From the NCBI GenBank assembly GCA_044892525.1, contig CM097885.1, positions 34,040,001 to 34,104,000 of the forward strand: DNA of 64,000 nucleotides, in the 5' to 3' direction. Positions 1-13,738 of this stretch are shown piece after piece. Both the position numbers and the translations under genes were made by a program. The notes beneath the pieces are model-generated. The model saw nothing but the letters and a program-made list of their open reading frames with translations, made no database searches and was not told the DNA's origin. This stretch comes from Schmidtea polychroa (lineage: Eukaryota). The stretch's first letter is position 1; each line of letters opens with the position of its first letter.

Positions 1-1388
1 TTATTTAAACAATTTTAATAATACTAATTTCTTAATATTATTTCATATAGCTTATTATGGGGATTCAAAATAAAAAGATATTTCAGAAACTTCAATGAAA
101 TCCACTTTTTAATGTATATTTTAAGTCGATTTTTAAAAATCAAATGTGTAGGAAAAATTATGTTTATTTCATAAATTTTACATATTTCACAAAGGCATTA
201 CACAATTCATGGAATAAGCAAAAAGTTGCGCATTGCATGAATATATAATAAAGGATTTACTCATTCTATGGCGGTATTAACATACCATATGATAATTTAG
301 GAGATTGTAAAATAACATACTTAAAATAAATTATGCATTATTTGATAGAGAAAAGTCAATTTTCAAATTGCATTAAAATAAAAAGGTGATTAAAATTAAA
401 AGTTATCATAAAGTTGAATTGAATATATAATGAATCCACTAAGAGACCTGGAAATCTGTTAAATTTTCTATGTTAAAATGACTTATATGATATGGTAATG
501 CGATTAATCAGAGATTTGCATAATGACCAAAAATGAGTTAAGTGATAAATTTCGATTTTGTAAATAAATTACTTGTAAAATACCTAAATTTAATATACTG
601 TACCAAAAATGACGTTCTAATTGCCATATTTAAGTTTATTTGAGTGATTTCATTGCCATTTTGACTGATTAATATATAATATTGTCAATATTAATTTTGT
701 TAATACAGTTAATAATACTCAGTAAATGTTCTTGCTTGTAATAGAAATTTTAACTACTTATTTGTTGAAGTTATGAGCAAAGTAATTGTGAAAATAATAT
801 TTCGTCTAATTATTATTATCTAGTCTTTTAAGTAATAAGGAGATTTATGTAATTAATATACTTGTTTATTTCATTGCCGGTAATTAACTTTCGATCTGAT
901 ACTTCTTGTTCTTGATATAGTGAGAACAACCCCAACAAATCTTTTGGTAATACCTCAACAATGAAGACGACAAAATAATAAAGTCCGAGATTCATTTTTC
1001 TCTATTCCTTCAAGTTTCATTGTTTCTCTATTTTGTTGAAGCTCATTTAAATATTTTTGAAAACTATTGTCGACCATCAAATAACAGTTCCATATAACAG
1101 CTACAGAATCAGAAACTGTTGACGAAAACTTTCATTACATTTTTCAGGTTAAGTAATTTTCGAATTCAACCTACATCAAGGTAACAAAAACAAGTTTATA
1201 ATTCTAAAATAAATAATAAATTTTAATAACAATTATCTTAAAATAATTCGTACCTTAATTATAAAAATAATAATAATTTTTATTCGAATATAAATCCTCA
1301 AAATATTCAAATGTAGATAAACTAAAGCGTTTGTCATCCTGACTAATTGTTACTGGTGTTGTTTGAATGACAAACGTTTTACCTTAAT

Positions 1389-1391
<3 letters not shown>

Positions 1392-1468
<77 letters not shown>
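1392..1468. repeat. (TA)n microsatellite; left flank of the MULE insertion
   Basis: Perfect TA run ending directly at GGGTGGTTATT; TA repeats resume at 15823. Confidence 0.97.
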
Positions 1469-1472
<4 letters not shown>

Positions 1473-2033
1473 GGTTATTAACTGTGCACATAAATTTATT
1501 AATAGGGAGAATAAACTAACTGTGCTCATAAAACAATTAAAAGTGTGCTTATATTTTTAATAACTGTGCACATAGAATTATTGAATAAGTCTTCAAAAAA
1601 ATTATAAATGTGCTCAAAATTTTACAAAAACATCTTTTTTCCAGCAGGAAATTAATTTTAAGTAAGTGAAAAAACAGCTCATTTTTTTAAGCTTTGGACA
1701 CTTGAAGTCCGATTGTTCCAATTGCCTATTATATTTTGACTATATATTATGATGTGTCACCATTTTTTTGTACGACATCCCTTTCAATATTGAAGAGTCA
1801 TTCAATTAAAAATACTATTAGAAAAAGATCATGTGATCAACCAAATATATAATGACTTTCGCCATAATTTTATTTACATTGTGTAGCATTGTAGCACAGG
1901 TGCTTATTAGTATTAGGTACATAAACAAATGGAAAACACAATATTAACAATTAAACATTTATTAATTTTTTAAAAAGACAAGATAAATATGAAAATAATG
2001 ATATGCTGATTTCAGGAAGGCTATTAAAAATAC

Positions 2034-3773
2034 TTATTTGACTGTTGATTGTACCTTTGACTTTGGAGGCCTACCACGTTTTTTGGTGGTTAGTTGGGTA
2101 TTATTCTGAGAGGTATTTTGACACAGTTTTCTTGAATTGGTCCTGGTTGAACTTCCAATGCCTTCTTTGCTAATGTTGGTCGACCTCTTTTTCGTTTTTC
2201 CCCAATCGGAACAGTTTTTACCAATTTTGTGATTATGACAAGTTTAAGTCTAGCCGCAATTCCAATTATATGCTTGCAGATGTAATTCTTTTGATAGGAT
2301 GGACAGGAACATCTTGGTTCTTCCCAATTTGTTTCACTAGCATCAGTACGAAACTCAGCACACTAATTTGAAAAAAAAATTTGTAATACTCATCAAAGGA
2401 CAGGGATGAACAATTTGTTCCTCCACATTATTTTTTGATTTGTATTTTTGTGATCTGTGTTGTTACTCTTCTGCTTTTGAAGAAGTACTGATTAGATCCT
2501 GGAAGTTCTTTTTTAGTTATGGTTGGCGATTTTAGCCATTTGTTAGCAGAAGTAAAGGCAGATTTGGTTACTGTTGGCTTTCTCGAAAAAATCTTTGGAT
2601 GATTTGCTGATGTAGGATCTCGTATGAGTGACCAGTTTTCAGCAATTTCAAGTGTTGTTTTTAAGAATTCTGACATTTGCATTCTGTTCCGAAAAGTTGA
2701 TTCTTTTTTTAGAGTGCTGGTAATGGACTCTAGGCCCTTATTTGTGGAAGGACTTTATTCCAAATAGCCTTCATACTATCCAACATGCTTGAGGAGACAT
2801 TCACTGGAGAAATATATAACAAATTTCATTATATTTACATTCACATCATTTTTATAATTCTGAATAAAAGGATTGGTGGCTGATTTGAACTGTTTCTCAG
2901 AAATAGCTAGTTGAAGTACATCAATATCCTTTAGAATGGAATCTTGTAGGGTTTTGTCGCCAAGAATAAACAAGTGATTTACAACTGCTTTCTTCATGTG
3001 AAACCAGCACATGCGGCGTATGCAGTCATTTCCACTTGAAAAAACTGATTTGAATCCATTTGTTATGGCAATAGCAGTTGCTTCAAGTCCTACTTGCAGG
3101 CTTTCAAACATGAATTAAATATCTTCTTGTTTTTCATTTGTGTACACTGGAATTCCAAATGGATGAAACACTTTATCCATATCACTGATGCCGCAAATAA
3201 GGATAGGAAAATCGCTCCAAATTAGTTTGTAAGTGCTTTCTGCATGAATCTTAGTCTTCTGAAATGGTTGCATATTTCTCGAGAAGAGTGACTAACTCAC
3301 CAAAAGTTAGTGATTTTGAATTTGACCCTTTTAAAGTTAGAAGAAAGTTAAAAATTTGTCTATCATTGGAATTTCAATTTCAGCTTGTAAAAACTTCTCT
3401 TTAAACAAATTCTGGCTGAGGAGCTTTAGCTTCTTGGTTCCAAGTTGTAACAACTTTTTGATGGATTCCTTTGTTTCTGAATTAATCCCTCTTTTGGTTT
3501 GGTTTTCTAAGATTTCGTCATGACTGTTATTGCAGGTGGTTTCAAAGTCGATAACACCAAGATTGTCACTATTTTATTGACGTTTCATGACTTGACTACA
3601 TTGTGGTCCCCTTTTCCTGACAAGATTAAAACAGTACAACTCTTTGCGTCCATCTCTGGTGTCATATGCTTTATCAAATAACTGAATTGCATCCCAATTT
3701 TTAAATAATTTGGGTTTTTTTTGGCAACAGGTTTAGTGTCTGAGTCTGAAATATCTTCATCAGAATGATATTG
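2034..3773 (-). pseudogene. MULE transposase with SWIM zinc finger and AT-hooks, disrupted by stops and frameshifts; N-terminus displaced to 15556-15594
   Basis: Minus-strand translation gives HAESTYKL...HPFG, AITNGF...RMCWFH, STNKGLES, SWIM CSCPSYQKNYICKH and AT-hooks KRKRGRP and KKRGRPPK. Confidence 0.88.
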
Positions 3774-3864
3774 AGTAGTAGGATGTGAGCTCCCCAGACC
3801 ATGTCCCCTCCAGATCACATATACCCCCTCCCCCCCCCCGGGAAAAAATTTTTTTTTTTTTTTT

Positions 3865-4740
3865 TAGAACGATGCCTAATATTTTTAGAACTATTACGTA
3901 ATCAATGCCTAATATTTTTAGAACGATGCCTAATATTTTTAGAACTATTACGTAATTTTTTTTAAATTAAGTGATCCAGCGGGGACCTACTTTTTTTCTT
4001 CCCAAAAGTAATGTTCCCGCCAACAAATTTTATTAACCGATACCTCATCTTAAAGCTCAGTCCAAGACCTTTCGAATGAGCTATAGGTATCTTATATATC
4101 TTTAATAGTTTTAATGTTATTAACAATTGATGACCACCATCTTTTCAACGTTAAATTATTATTATTTTTCAAAATATTATTAAGTGATCCAGCGGGGACC
4201 TACTTTTTTTCATCCCAAAAATTATTGTTCCCGCCAACATATTATATTGATCGATAGCTTATTTTAAAGCTCTGTGCAAGAACTTTCTAATGAGATATAG
4301 ATTTTTATCATACGATGACTCATCACATTTTTAGAACAAAGACAATGACTCATCACATTTTTAAATCGATGCCTAATATTTTTAGAACGATGCCTAATAT
4401 TTTTAGAACTATTACGTAATCGATGTCTAATATTTTTAGAACGATGCCAAATATTTTTAGAACGATGCCTAATATTTTTAGAACGATTACGTCATACTTT
4501 TAGAACGATGTCTAATATTTTTAGAACGATGCCTAATATTTTTAGAATGATGTCTAATATTTTAGAATGATGCCTAATATTTTTAGAATGATTACATCAT
4601 AATTTTAGAACGATGCCTAATATTTTTAGAACGATGCCTAATATTTTTAGAATGATTACGTCATACTTTTAGAACGATGCCTAATATTTTTAGAATGATT
4701 ACGTCATACTTTTAGAACGATGCCTAATATTTTTAGAACT
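3865..4740 (+). repeat. Subterminal 21-bp tandem arrays (TTAGAACGATGCCTAATATTT) plus two 213-bp-spaced direct repeats, left arm
   Basis: Arrays at ~3865-3950 and ~4330-4740; TTAAGTGATCCAGCGGGGACCTAC at 3967 and 4180; mirrored at ~13855-14170, ~14690-15010 and ~15375-15465. Confidence 0.92.
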
Positions 4741-4902
4741 AATAATTTTGTTTTAATTATCGATTATATAATAATTTAATTTTGTTTAAATCGTTGATTA
4801 TATAATTTGTTTAAATCATTGATTATATAATTTTTGTTTTAATTATCGAATACGTAATAATATAATTTGTTTAAATCGTTGATTACATATGTTATTTTCA
4901 AA

Positions 4903-4953
<51 letters not shown>

Positions 4954-5358
4954 TGCAATTATTCATAAAACTTAATTTCTACATCAATTTAATGATTTTC
5001 AACATTTTCATCATTTGCATTTTTTAATAATTATCAATATTTTCATAATTTTCTACATTTTCAATATTTTCACGATTTTCAACATTTTCATGATTATTTC
5101 AGGAACTTTTACATCAAATATTGTTCAAAGTATTATTTTCAAAGAATTATTTTCAAAGTTTTAATCAATATTATTATTATTATTAATATTATTATTATGA
5201 TTATTATTATATATACTCCTAGTCTATCCGACAAGATATTCTGTCCCCCTAAGGGTAATGGTCACAAAGGTACTACTCACATTCAACAAGTTGCAATGGT
5301 ACTGCTCACACTCAATATGTCGTAAATTATTATTATTATTATTTCAAATACAAGTTCA

Positions 5359-5455
<97 letters not shown>

Positions 5456-5817
5456 TATTATTACGCGCACGGGGAATATTATTATCATATATACTCTTAA
5501 TCTATCCGACAAAATATTCTATCCCTTTATGGGTATTGCTCATATGGGTTATGGTCAAAGGTGTACTACTCACATTCAACATGTCTCAAAGGTTATAATA
5601 TAATTATTATTAAATTCTGACCAACTTAAATCAATGAAGGGGTAGAACAAAAATATATTAAGTTGCGGTATTTTAAATTTAAAAATATTTTAAAAACTTA
5701 TTTTGACACTTAAGTTTACTTAATTAACAAAGACATAATTATTGCACATGCTTTGCATAAATATTATTATTTTTTAAATTTTCAATATTTTCTTTTAAAG
5801 TATTAACACGCGCGGGA

Positions 5818-5871
<54 letters not shown>

Positions 5872-5874
5872 GTT

Positions 5875-6375
5875 AATGAAAAATCTAAAATATGGTTTAC
5901 ACACACACAACCCCTCAACCATTATTATTATTATCAGTATTAACAACCTAAAATATTTTCTACACACACACACAACCCATTAACCATTATTATTATCATT
6001 ATTAGTGAAAACCTAAAATATTTTTTACACACACACACAACCCATTAACCATTATTATTATTATCAATATTAAAAACCTAAAATATTTTTACACACACAC
6101 ATACAACTCATTAAACTTATTATTATTATTATTATTATTGCAAATATTAGTCAAAAACCTAAAATATTATTTACACTCACACAACCATTAACCATTATTA
6201 TTATCATTATTAGTGAAAACCTAAAATATTTTCTACACACACACACACAACCCATTAACCATTATTATTATTGCAAATATTAGTCAAAAACATAAAAACA
6301 CTCATAAACCATTATTATTATCAATATTCGTGAAAACCTCAAATATTTTTTACACGCATATACAACCCATTAAAC

Positions 6376-6428
<53 letters not shown>

Positions 6429-6545
6429 CAATATTAAAAACCTAAAATATTTTTACACACACACACACAACCCATTAACAATTATTTGTAACAATATTCG
6501 TGAAAACCTCAAATATTTTTTACACCCATATACAATCCATTAAAC

Positions 6546-6612
<67 letters not shown>

Positions 6613-6640
6613 GTGAAAAAACCTTAAATAATTTTTACAC
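5875..6640 (+). repeat. ~60-bp compound minisatellite (AACCTAAAATATTTT-(AC)n-AACCCATTAACC-(ATT)n)
   Basis: About a dozen degenerate units; mirrored at ~12390-13020. Confidence 0.9.
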
Positions 6641-9419
6641 ACTAAGTTATGGGGTAGAGTATTATTATGTTTGCAGTATTCTGTGTTTGCCTTTACAGGA
6701 AGTTGTCAATAAGGAGCGATAATTTTACACACACATTCTATATACACATACCTTGTTTAACATGGGTGTATATACTCCTAGTTTATCCGACAAAATATTC
6801 TGTCCCCCTATGGGTATTGCTAGCAAGGGTACTGGTCACATTCAACATGTCGCAAGGGTATATTAATTAAGGTTAGTAAATAAAACTTATCACACACACA
6901 ATTTAAACGATAAAAATCAAGACAAGAGAGGACAAGGCAAAGTTTATGCATTTATTATTGCCAGGCCTAATGAGCAGTGACCAAATATCTGTGCCTGAAA
7001 GACACGGTGGATATTTGTTCGCGTCCACAAGGGTCGTCTGTGCCTTCCCCAAGTGGGGTCAGAAGAACCTGGGCATTATAGCTTTCCGTACGGAACATTA
7101 CGCCTAGCATGGGTAGTCAACTACCAGCACATTCGAAACGTATAATTTCAAAATACATGCGTCATTGGCACTATAACCAAATTAATTAATGTTTTCACTA
7201 ACACAAATATATATTTACAGAGGCCTCCCACTAGTTGGATTACAACCACCCACCACGACGATCAGCTTGTAAATATATATTAATTAAGGGATAAAGAGGA
7301 CCCACCCAACCCTATTATATTTAATTTACAAATTTTTCTCGCTCTTCTGCTGGTATTCTATCTCAAAATTAATCTCTCCATCAGGCCATTTGATAGTGAT
7401 TTCATGGAATACATCTTGCAAATTGGACGTATTTCTTAGTTTCTGATGCGGCGTCCACTATCATTGCTAAAATTTATATTGATTTAAAAGCAATTAACTT
7501 ACATTATCTAACATTTTATCGTCACAGGCTTGATAAATTAGGCAACTGTTATTTGTGGTATACTTTTCAATGACATTTCCCACCATAAAACACAGATACC
7601 TAAATATAATATATTTATTTTAAAGAATTAATTCATGTCTTACATTAATAATAATATTCTTCAGGTAGTACTTTACAATATCTAATTGTTAAAACATCGG
7701 TTTTCCCATTTTTCTTGACATTCGTTGAAAGTTTACATAATTTAAGTCTGATAATTCATGTTGAAGGACACCTACAATCAGCTAATTCATTTAAAAAATC
7801 CAGAACATAACTCCTTTAGTGTTTCACCATTTAGTTCATCTTCCTCATAATCATATAATTCATGTTTTAATAAGAAATCTCTAAATCTAAAAACTATAAC
7901 TCCTTTAATGTTTCACCATTTTGTCTGGTTCATTTTCTTCTATAATTCATGTTTTAATAAGAAATCTCTAAATCCAGAACATAAGTCATTTAGTGTTTCA
8001 CCATTTTGTTCATCTTCTTCATAATTATATAATTCATTTTCTTCATTACTAAGTAAAATAATTAAAATATTTTAGTAAATTCTTTATTTACTTACTTTAT
8101 GGATACTAAAACGAAAGAAATAAAGTTATATCAAAAGTATATTTAAATAAATTAAATTTAAATAATTTAATTTAGTTATTTAAAAATATTTAAACAATTT
8201 AGTTATTTAAGCATATTTAAACATTAATATTATTATATAGTATAATTTTATATAATATTATAATTTTATGTACACTTATATATCCTTCATTTAATTTTTT
8301 AAATTCAAAATTTATAATGAAGATTCTTTGAATTAAAAAATATTATGTTAGTATTTCCAGGCAGTAAACAACGAATTCAATAATTAAAATCTTAATTTTC
8401 ATGTTGTTAGGGTTATGGCCAGAATTTAATCGCCATCTAATCGTTTGTTCTCAATTTCGCTCATTTTTGTTCAAAACATTCAGGTGAGTTGTTATCTGGA
8501 AAGTTTCTTTGAGCTCAGTTTTGTTAAAACACTCACAGTATTTTTGAGGGACGTGACACTGGGAATAAATTAACAATGGGTGGTCTTGCATACATGTTGT
8601 TGGTTTGAACTGTTGATTTATTTTAGAAATATGTATATTAAAAACATTTAAGGTATCATTCAGTAAAATAATATAGTATTTTTGAGTATTTTTAGTTGAT
8701 TTATAAATAACAGTATTTTGATATATCAATAAAGACCATATACTCCTAGTTTATCCGACAAAATATTCTGTCCCCCTATGTGTATTGCTAGCAAGGGTAC
8801 TGGTCACACTCAACATGTCGCAATATTAATCATTTAGAAATTCTTAGGTAAGATAATCAGAAATTTGTGAATATTTTAAATGTAACTTTACACTTATGTC
8901 GAGCGACTAATTTATTGGTTAACTTTTTAGACATTTAAAGCAAAAGGTAATTTATTCATCTAATGTTCGTTACAATAGATAATAATGAGAAAAACATGGT
9001 CATTATTCATTGATAATTTTAAATTCTTTATCATTTGGAGTAAATTTGTTTGAGGCAAAAATATTTAAAGGAGTCATAATAGAAATATGGTTATCATTTA
9101 ACCAAATAAGGTGCTTATTAGTTAAAAATATATATTTATATAGGGTTACAATTCTTTTCTAATTTAATTAGATGATCATTAGACGTAATATATCTTTGCG
9201 AGAAATTTAAGATGTTTGAGTAACCAAAACATTGATATTTTGGGTCATCAATTTATGAATAGTGCTTAATTTTCTCATTTTTAGTGATTTAAAATAATAT
9301 TTAGCAAAGGTAATTTGGCAAAATATCACTTATCCATCCGATAACAATATTCCTTCAATAGATTAACTGATATTCAACCGATTTAATTTCTAATTAAAAT
9401 CATAAAATTCCTTCAATAA

Positions 9420-9612
9420 TGATCAATTTACTTGGTTTTCACAATGAAATATTTGAAATCTTTAGAATTAATTGGGATTGATATCAAAGGTTATTGCTTT
9501 AAATTATTTTACTTAAGAAGTTATTTTATTCATTGTGGGGACATCAGTGACAAAACTTGAGAAATATTGACTTAAAAGTTGGAAATCGACAACGGCTAAA
9601 GAAAATTGATCT
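9420..9612. other. Spacer/loop of the giant palindrome (axis at 9516)
   Basis: Paired positions sum to 19032 (mirrored ORFs 8451-8729/10303-10581 and 6667-6870/12162-12365); perfect pairing stops at 9419/9613. Confidence 0.95.
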
Positions 9613-10983
9613 TTATTGAAGGAATTTTATGATTTTAATTAGAAATTAAATCGGTTGAATATCAGTTAATCTATTGAAGGAATATTGTTATCGGATGGAT
9701 AAGTGATATTTTGCCAAATTACCTTTGCTAAATATTATTTTAAATCACTAAAAATGAGAAAATTAAGCACTATTCATAAATTGATGACCCAAAATATCAA
9801 TGTTTTGGTTACTCAAACATCTTAAATTTCTCGCAAAGATATATTACGTCTAATGATCATCTAATTAAATTAGAAAAGAATTGTAACCCTATATAAATAT
9901 ATATTTTTAACTAATAAGCACCTTATTTGGTTAAATGATAACCATATTTCTATTATGACTCCTTTAAATATTTTTGCCTCAAACAAATTTACTCCAAATG
10001 ATAAAGAATTTAAAATTATCAATGAATAATGACCATGTTTTTCTCATTATTATCTATTGTAACGAACATTAGATGAATAAATTACCTTTTGCTTTAAATG
10101 TCTAAAAAGTTAACCAATAAATTAGTCGCTCGACATAAGTGTAAAGTTACATTTAAAATATTCACAAATTTCTGATTATCTTACCTAAGAATTTCTAAAT
10201 GATTAATATTGCGACATGTTGAGTGTGACCAGTACCCTTGCTAGCAATACACATAGGGGGACAGAATATTTTGTCGGATAAACTAGGAGTATATGGTCTT
10301 TATTGATATATCAAAATACTGTTATTTATAAATCAACTAAAAATACTCAAAAATACTATATTATTTTACTGAATGATACCTTAAATGTTTTTAATATACA
10401 TATTTCTAAAATAAATCAACAGTTCAAACCAACAACATGTATGCAAGACCACCCATTGTTAATTTATTCCCAGTGTCACGTCCCTCAAAAATACTGTGAG
10501 TGTTTTAACAAAACTGAGCTCAAAGAAACTTTCCAGATAACAACTCACCTGAATGTTTTGAACAAAAATGAGCGAAATTGAGAACAAACGATTAGATGGC
10601 GATTAAATTCTGGCCATAACCCTAACAACATGAAAATTAAGATTTTAATTATTGAATTCGTTGTTTACTGCCTGGAAATACTAACATAATATTTTTTAAT
10701 TCAAAGAATCTTCATTATAAATTTTGAATTTAAAAAATTAAATGAAGGATATATAAGTGTACATAAAATTATAATATTATATAAAATTATACTATATAAT
10801 AATATTAATGTTTAAATATGCTTAAATAACTAAATTGTTTAAATATTTTTAAATAACTAAATTAAATTATTTAAATTTAATTTATTTAAATATACTTTTG
10901 ATATAACTTTATTTCTTTCGTTTTAGTATCCATAAAGTAAGTAAATAAAGAATTTACTAAAATATTTTAATTATTTTACTTAG

Positions 10984-11706
10984 TAATGAAGAAAATGAAT
11001 TATATAATTATGAAGAAGATGAACAAAATGGTGAAACACTAAATGACTTATGTTTTGGATTTAGAGATTTCTTATTAAAACATGAATTATAGAAGAAAAT
11101 GAACCAGACAAAATGGTGAAACATTAAAGGAGTTATAGTTTTTAGATTTAGAGATTTCTTATTAAAACATGAATTATATGATTATGAGGAAGATGAACTA
11201 AATGGTGAAACACTAAAGGAGTTATGTTCTGGATTTTTTAAATGAATTAGCTGATTGTAGGTGTCCTTCAACATGAATTATCAGACTTAAATTATGTAAA
11301 CTTTCAACGAATGTCAAGAAAAATGGGAAAACCGATGTTTTAACAATTAGATATTGTAAAGTACTACCTGAAGAATATTATTATTAATGTAAGACATGAA
11401 TTAATTCTTTAAAATAAATATATTATATTTAGGTATCTGTGTTTTATGGTGGGAAATGTCATTGAAAAGTATACCACAAATAACAGTTGCCTAATTTATC
11501 AAGCCTGTGACGATAAAATGTTAGATAATGTAAGTTAATTGCTTTTAAATCAATATAAATTTTAGCAATGATAGTTGACACCGCATCAGAAACTAAGAAA
11601 TACGTCCAATTTGCAAGATGTATTCCATGAAATCACTATCAAATGGCCTGATGGAGAGATTAATTTTGAGATAGATTACCAACAGAAGAGCGAGAAAAAT
11701 TTGTAA
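10984..11706 (+). pseudogene. Possible decayed spliced gene of unknown function inside the palindrome arm (mirror copy at ~7326-8048, minus)
   Basis: Three short GTAAG...TAG intron-like AT-rich segments separate coding-like stretches (ELYDYEEDELNGETLKELC repeats, YLCFMVGNVIEK..., TPHQKLRNTSNLQDVFHEITIKWPDG); in-frame stops present. Confidence 0.35.
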
Positions 11707-12441
11707 ATTAAATATAATAGGGTTGGGTGGGTCCTCTTTATCCCTTAATTAATATATATTTACAAGCTTATCGTCGTGGTGGGCGGTTGTAATCCAACTA
11801 GTGGGAGGCCTCTGTAAATATATATTTGTGTTAGTGAAAACATTAATTAATTTGGTTATAGTGCCAATGACGCATGTATTTTGAAATTATACGTTTCGAA
11901 TGTGCTGGTAGTTGACTACCCATGCTAGGCGTAATGTTCCATACGGAAAACTATAATGCCCAGGTTCTTCTGACCCCACTTGGGGGAGGCACAGACGACC
12001 CTTGTGGACGCGAACAAATATCCACCGTGTCTTTCAGGCACAGATATTTGGTCACTGCTCATTAGGCCTGGCAATACTAAATGCATACACTTTGCCTTGT
12101 CCTCTCTTGTCTTGATTTTTATCGTTTAAATAGTGTGTGTGATAAGTTTTATTTACTAACCCTAATTAATATACCCTTGCGACATGTTGAGTGTGACCAG
12201 TACCTTTGTGAGCAATACCCATAGGGGGACAGAATATTTTGTCGGATAAACTAGGAGTATATACACCCATGTTAAACAATGTATGTGTATATAGAATGTA
12301 TGTATAAAATTATCGCTCCATATTGACAACTTCCTGTAAAGGCAAACACAGAATACTGCAAACATAATAATACTCTACCCCATAACTTAGTGTGTAAAAA
12401 TTATTTAAGGTTTTTTCACTAATAATAATAATAATTATAAT

Positions 12442-12513
<72 letters not shown>

Positions 12514-13020
12514 GTTTAATGGGTTGTATATGTGTGTAAAAAATATTTGAGGTTTTCACGAATATTGATAATAATAATGGTTTATGAGTGTTTTTATGTT
12601 TTTGACTAATATTTGCAATAATAATAATGGTTAATGGGTTGTGTGTGTGTGTGTAGAAAATATTTTAGGTTTTTAATATTGATAATAATAATTGTTAATG
12701 GGTTGTGTGAGTGTAAATAATATTTTAGATTTTTGACTAATATTTGCAATAATAATAATAATAATAATAAGTTTAATGAGTTGTGTGTGTGTGTGTAAAA
12801 ATATTTTAGGTTTTTAATATTGATAATAATAATAATAATGGTTAATGGGTTGTGTGTGTGTGTAAACCATATTTTAGATTTTCACTAATAATGATAATAA
12901 TAATGGTTGAGGGGTTGTGTGTGTGTGTGTGTAGAAAATATTTTAGGTTTTTAATATTGATAATAATAATAATGGTTGAGGGGTTGTGTGTGTAAACCAT
13001 ATTTTAGATTTTTCATTAAC

Positions 13021-13075
<55 letters not shown>

Positions 13076-13442
13076 CCCGCGCGTGTTAATACTTTAAAAG
13101 AAAATATTGAAAATTTAAAAAATAATAATATTTATGCAAAGCATGTGCAATAATTATGTCTTTGTTAATTAAGTAAACTTTAGTGTCAAAATACGTTTTT
13201 AAAATATATTTAAATTTTAAAATACCGCAACGTAATATATTTTGTTCTACCCCTTCATTGATTTAAGTTGGTCGGAATTTAATAATAATTATATTATACC
13301 CTTTGAGACATGTTGAATGTGAGAAGTACCCTTGTAACCATTACCTATGTAAGCAGTACACATAGGGGGGCAGAATATCTTGTCGTATAGACTCGGTGTA
13401 TATATGATAATAATATTCCCGGTGCGCGTAATAATAATAATA

Positions 13443-13509
<67 letters not shown>

Positions 13510-13675
13510 TGAACTTGTATTTGAAATAATAATAATAATAATTTACGACATATTGAGTGTGAGCAGTACCCTTGTGACTTGTTGAATGTGAGTAGTACAT
13601 TTGTGAGCAGTACCCATAGAGGGACAGAATATTTTGTCGGATAGACTAGGAGTATATAATATTAATAATTATAAT

Positions 13676-13738
<63 letters not shown>

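Noticed and set aside
4330..4740. CRISPR or telomeric array
   Set aside because: No spacers and not a telomere-type repeat; it is a subterminal array of the element.
8451..10581. Two identical 92-aa ORFs as duplicated genes
   Set aside because: They are mirror images produced by the palindrome, start at TTG and have no recognisable motif. The 67-aa pair at 6667 and 12162 is likewise a mirror-image pair without motifs.
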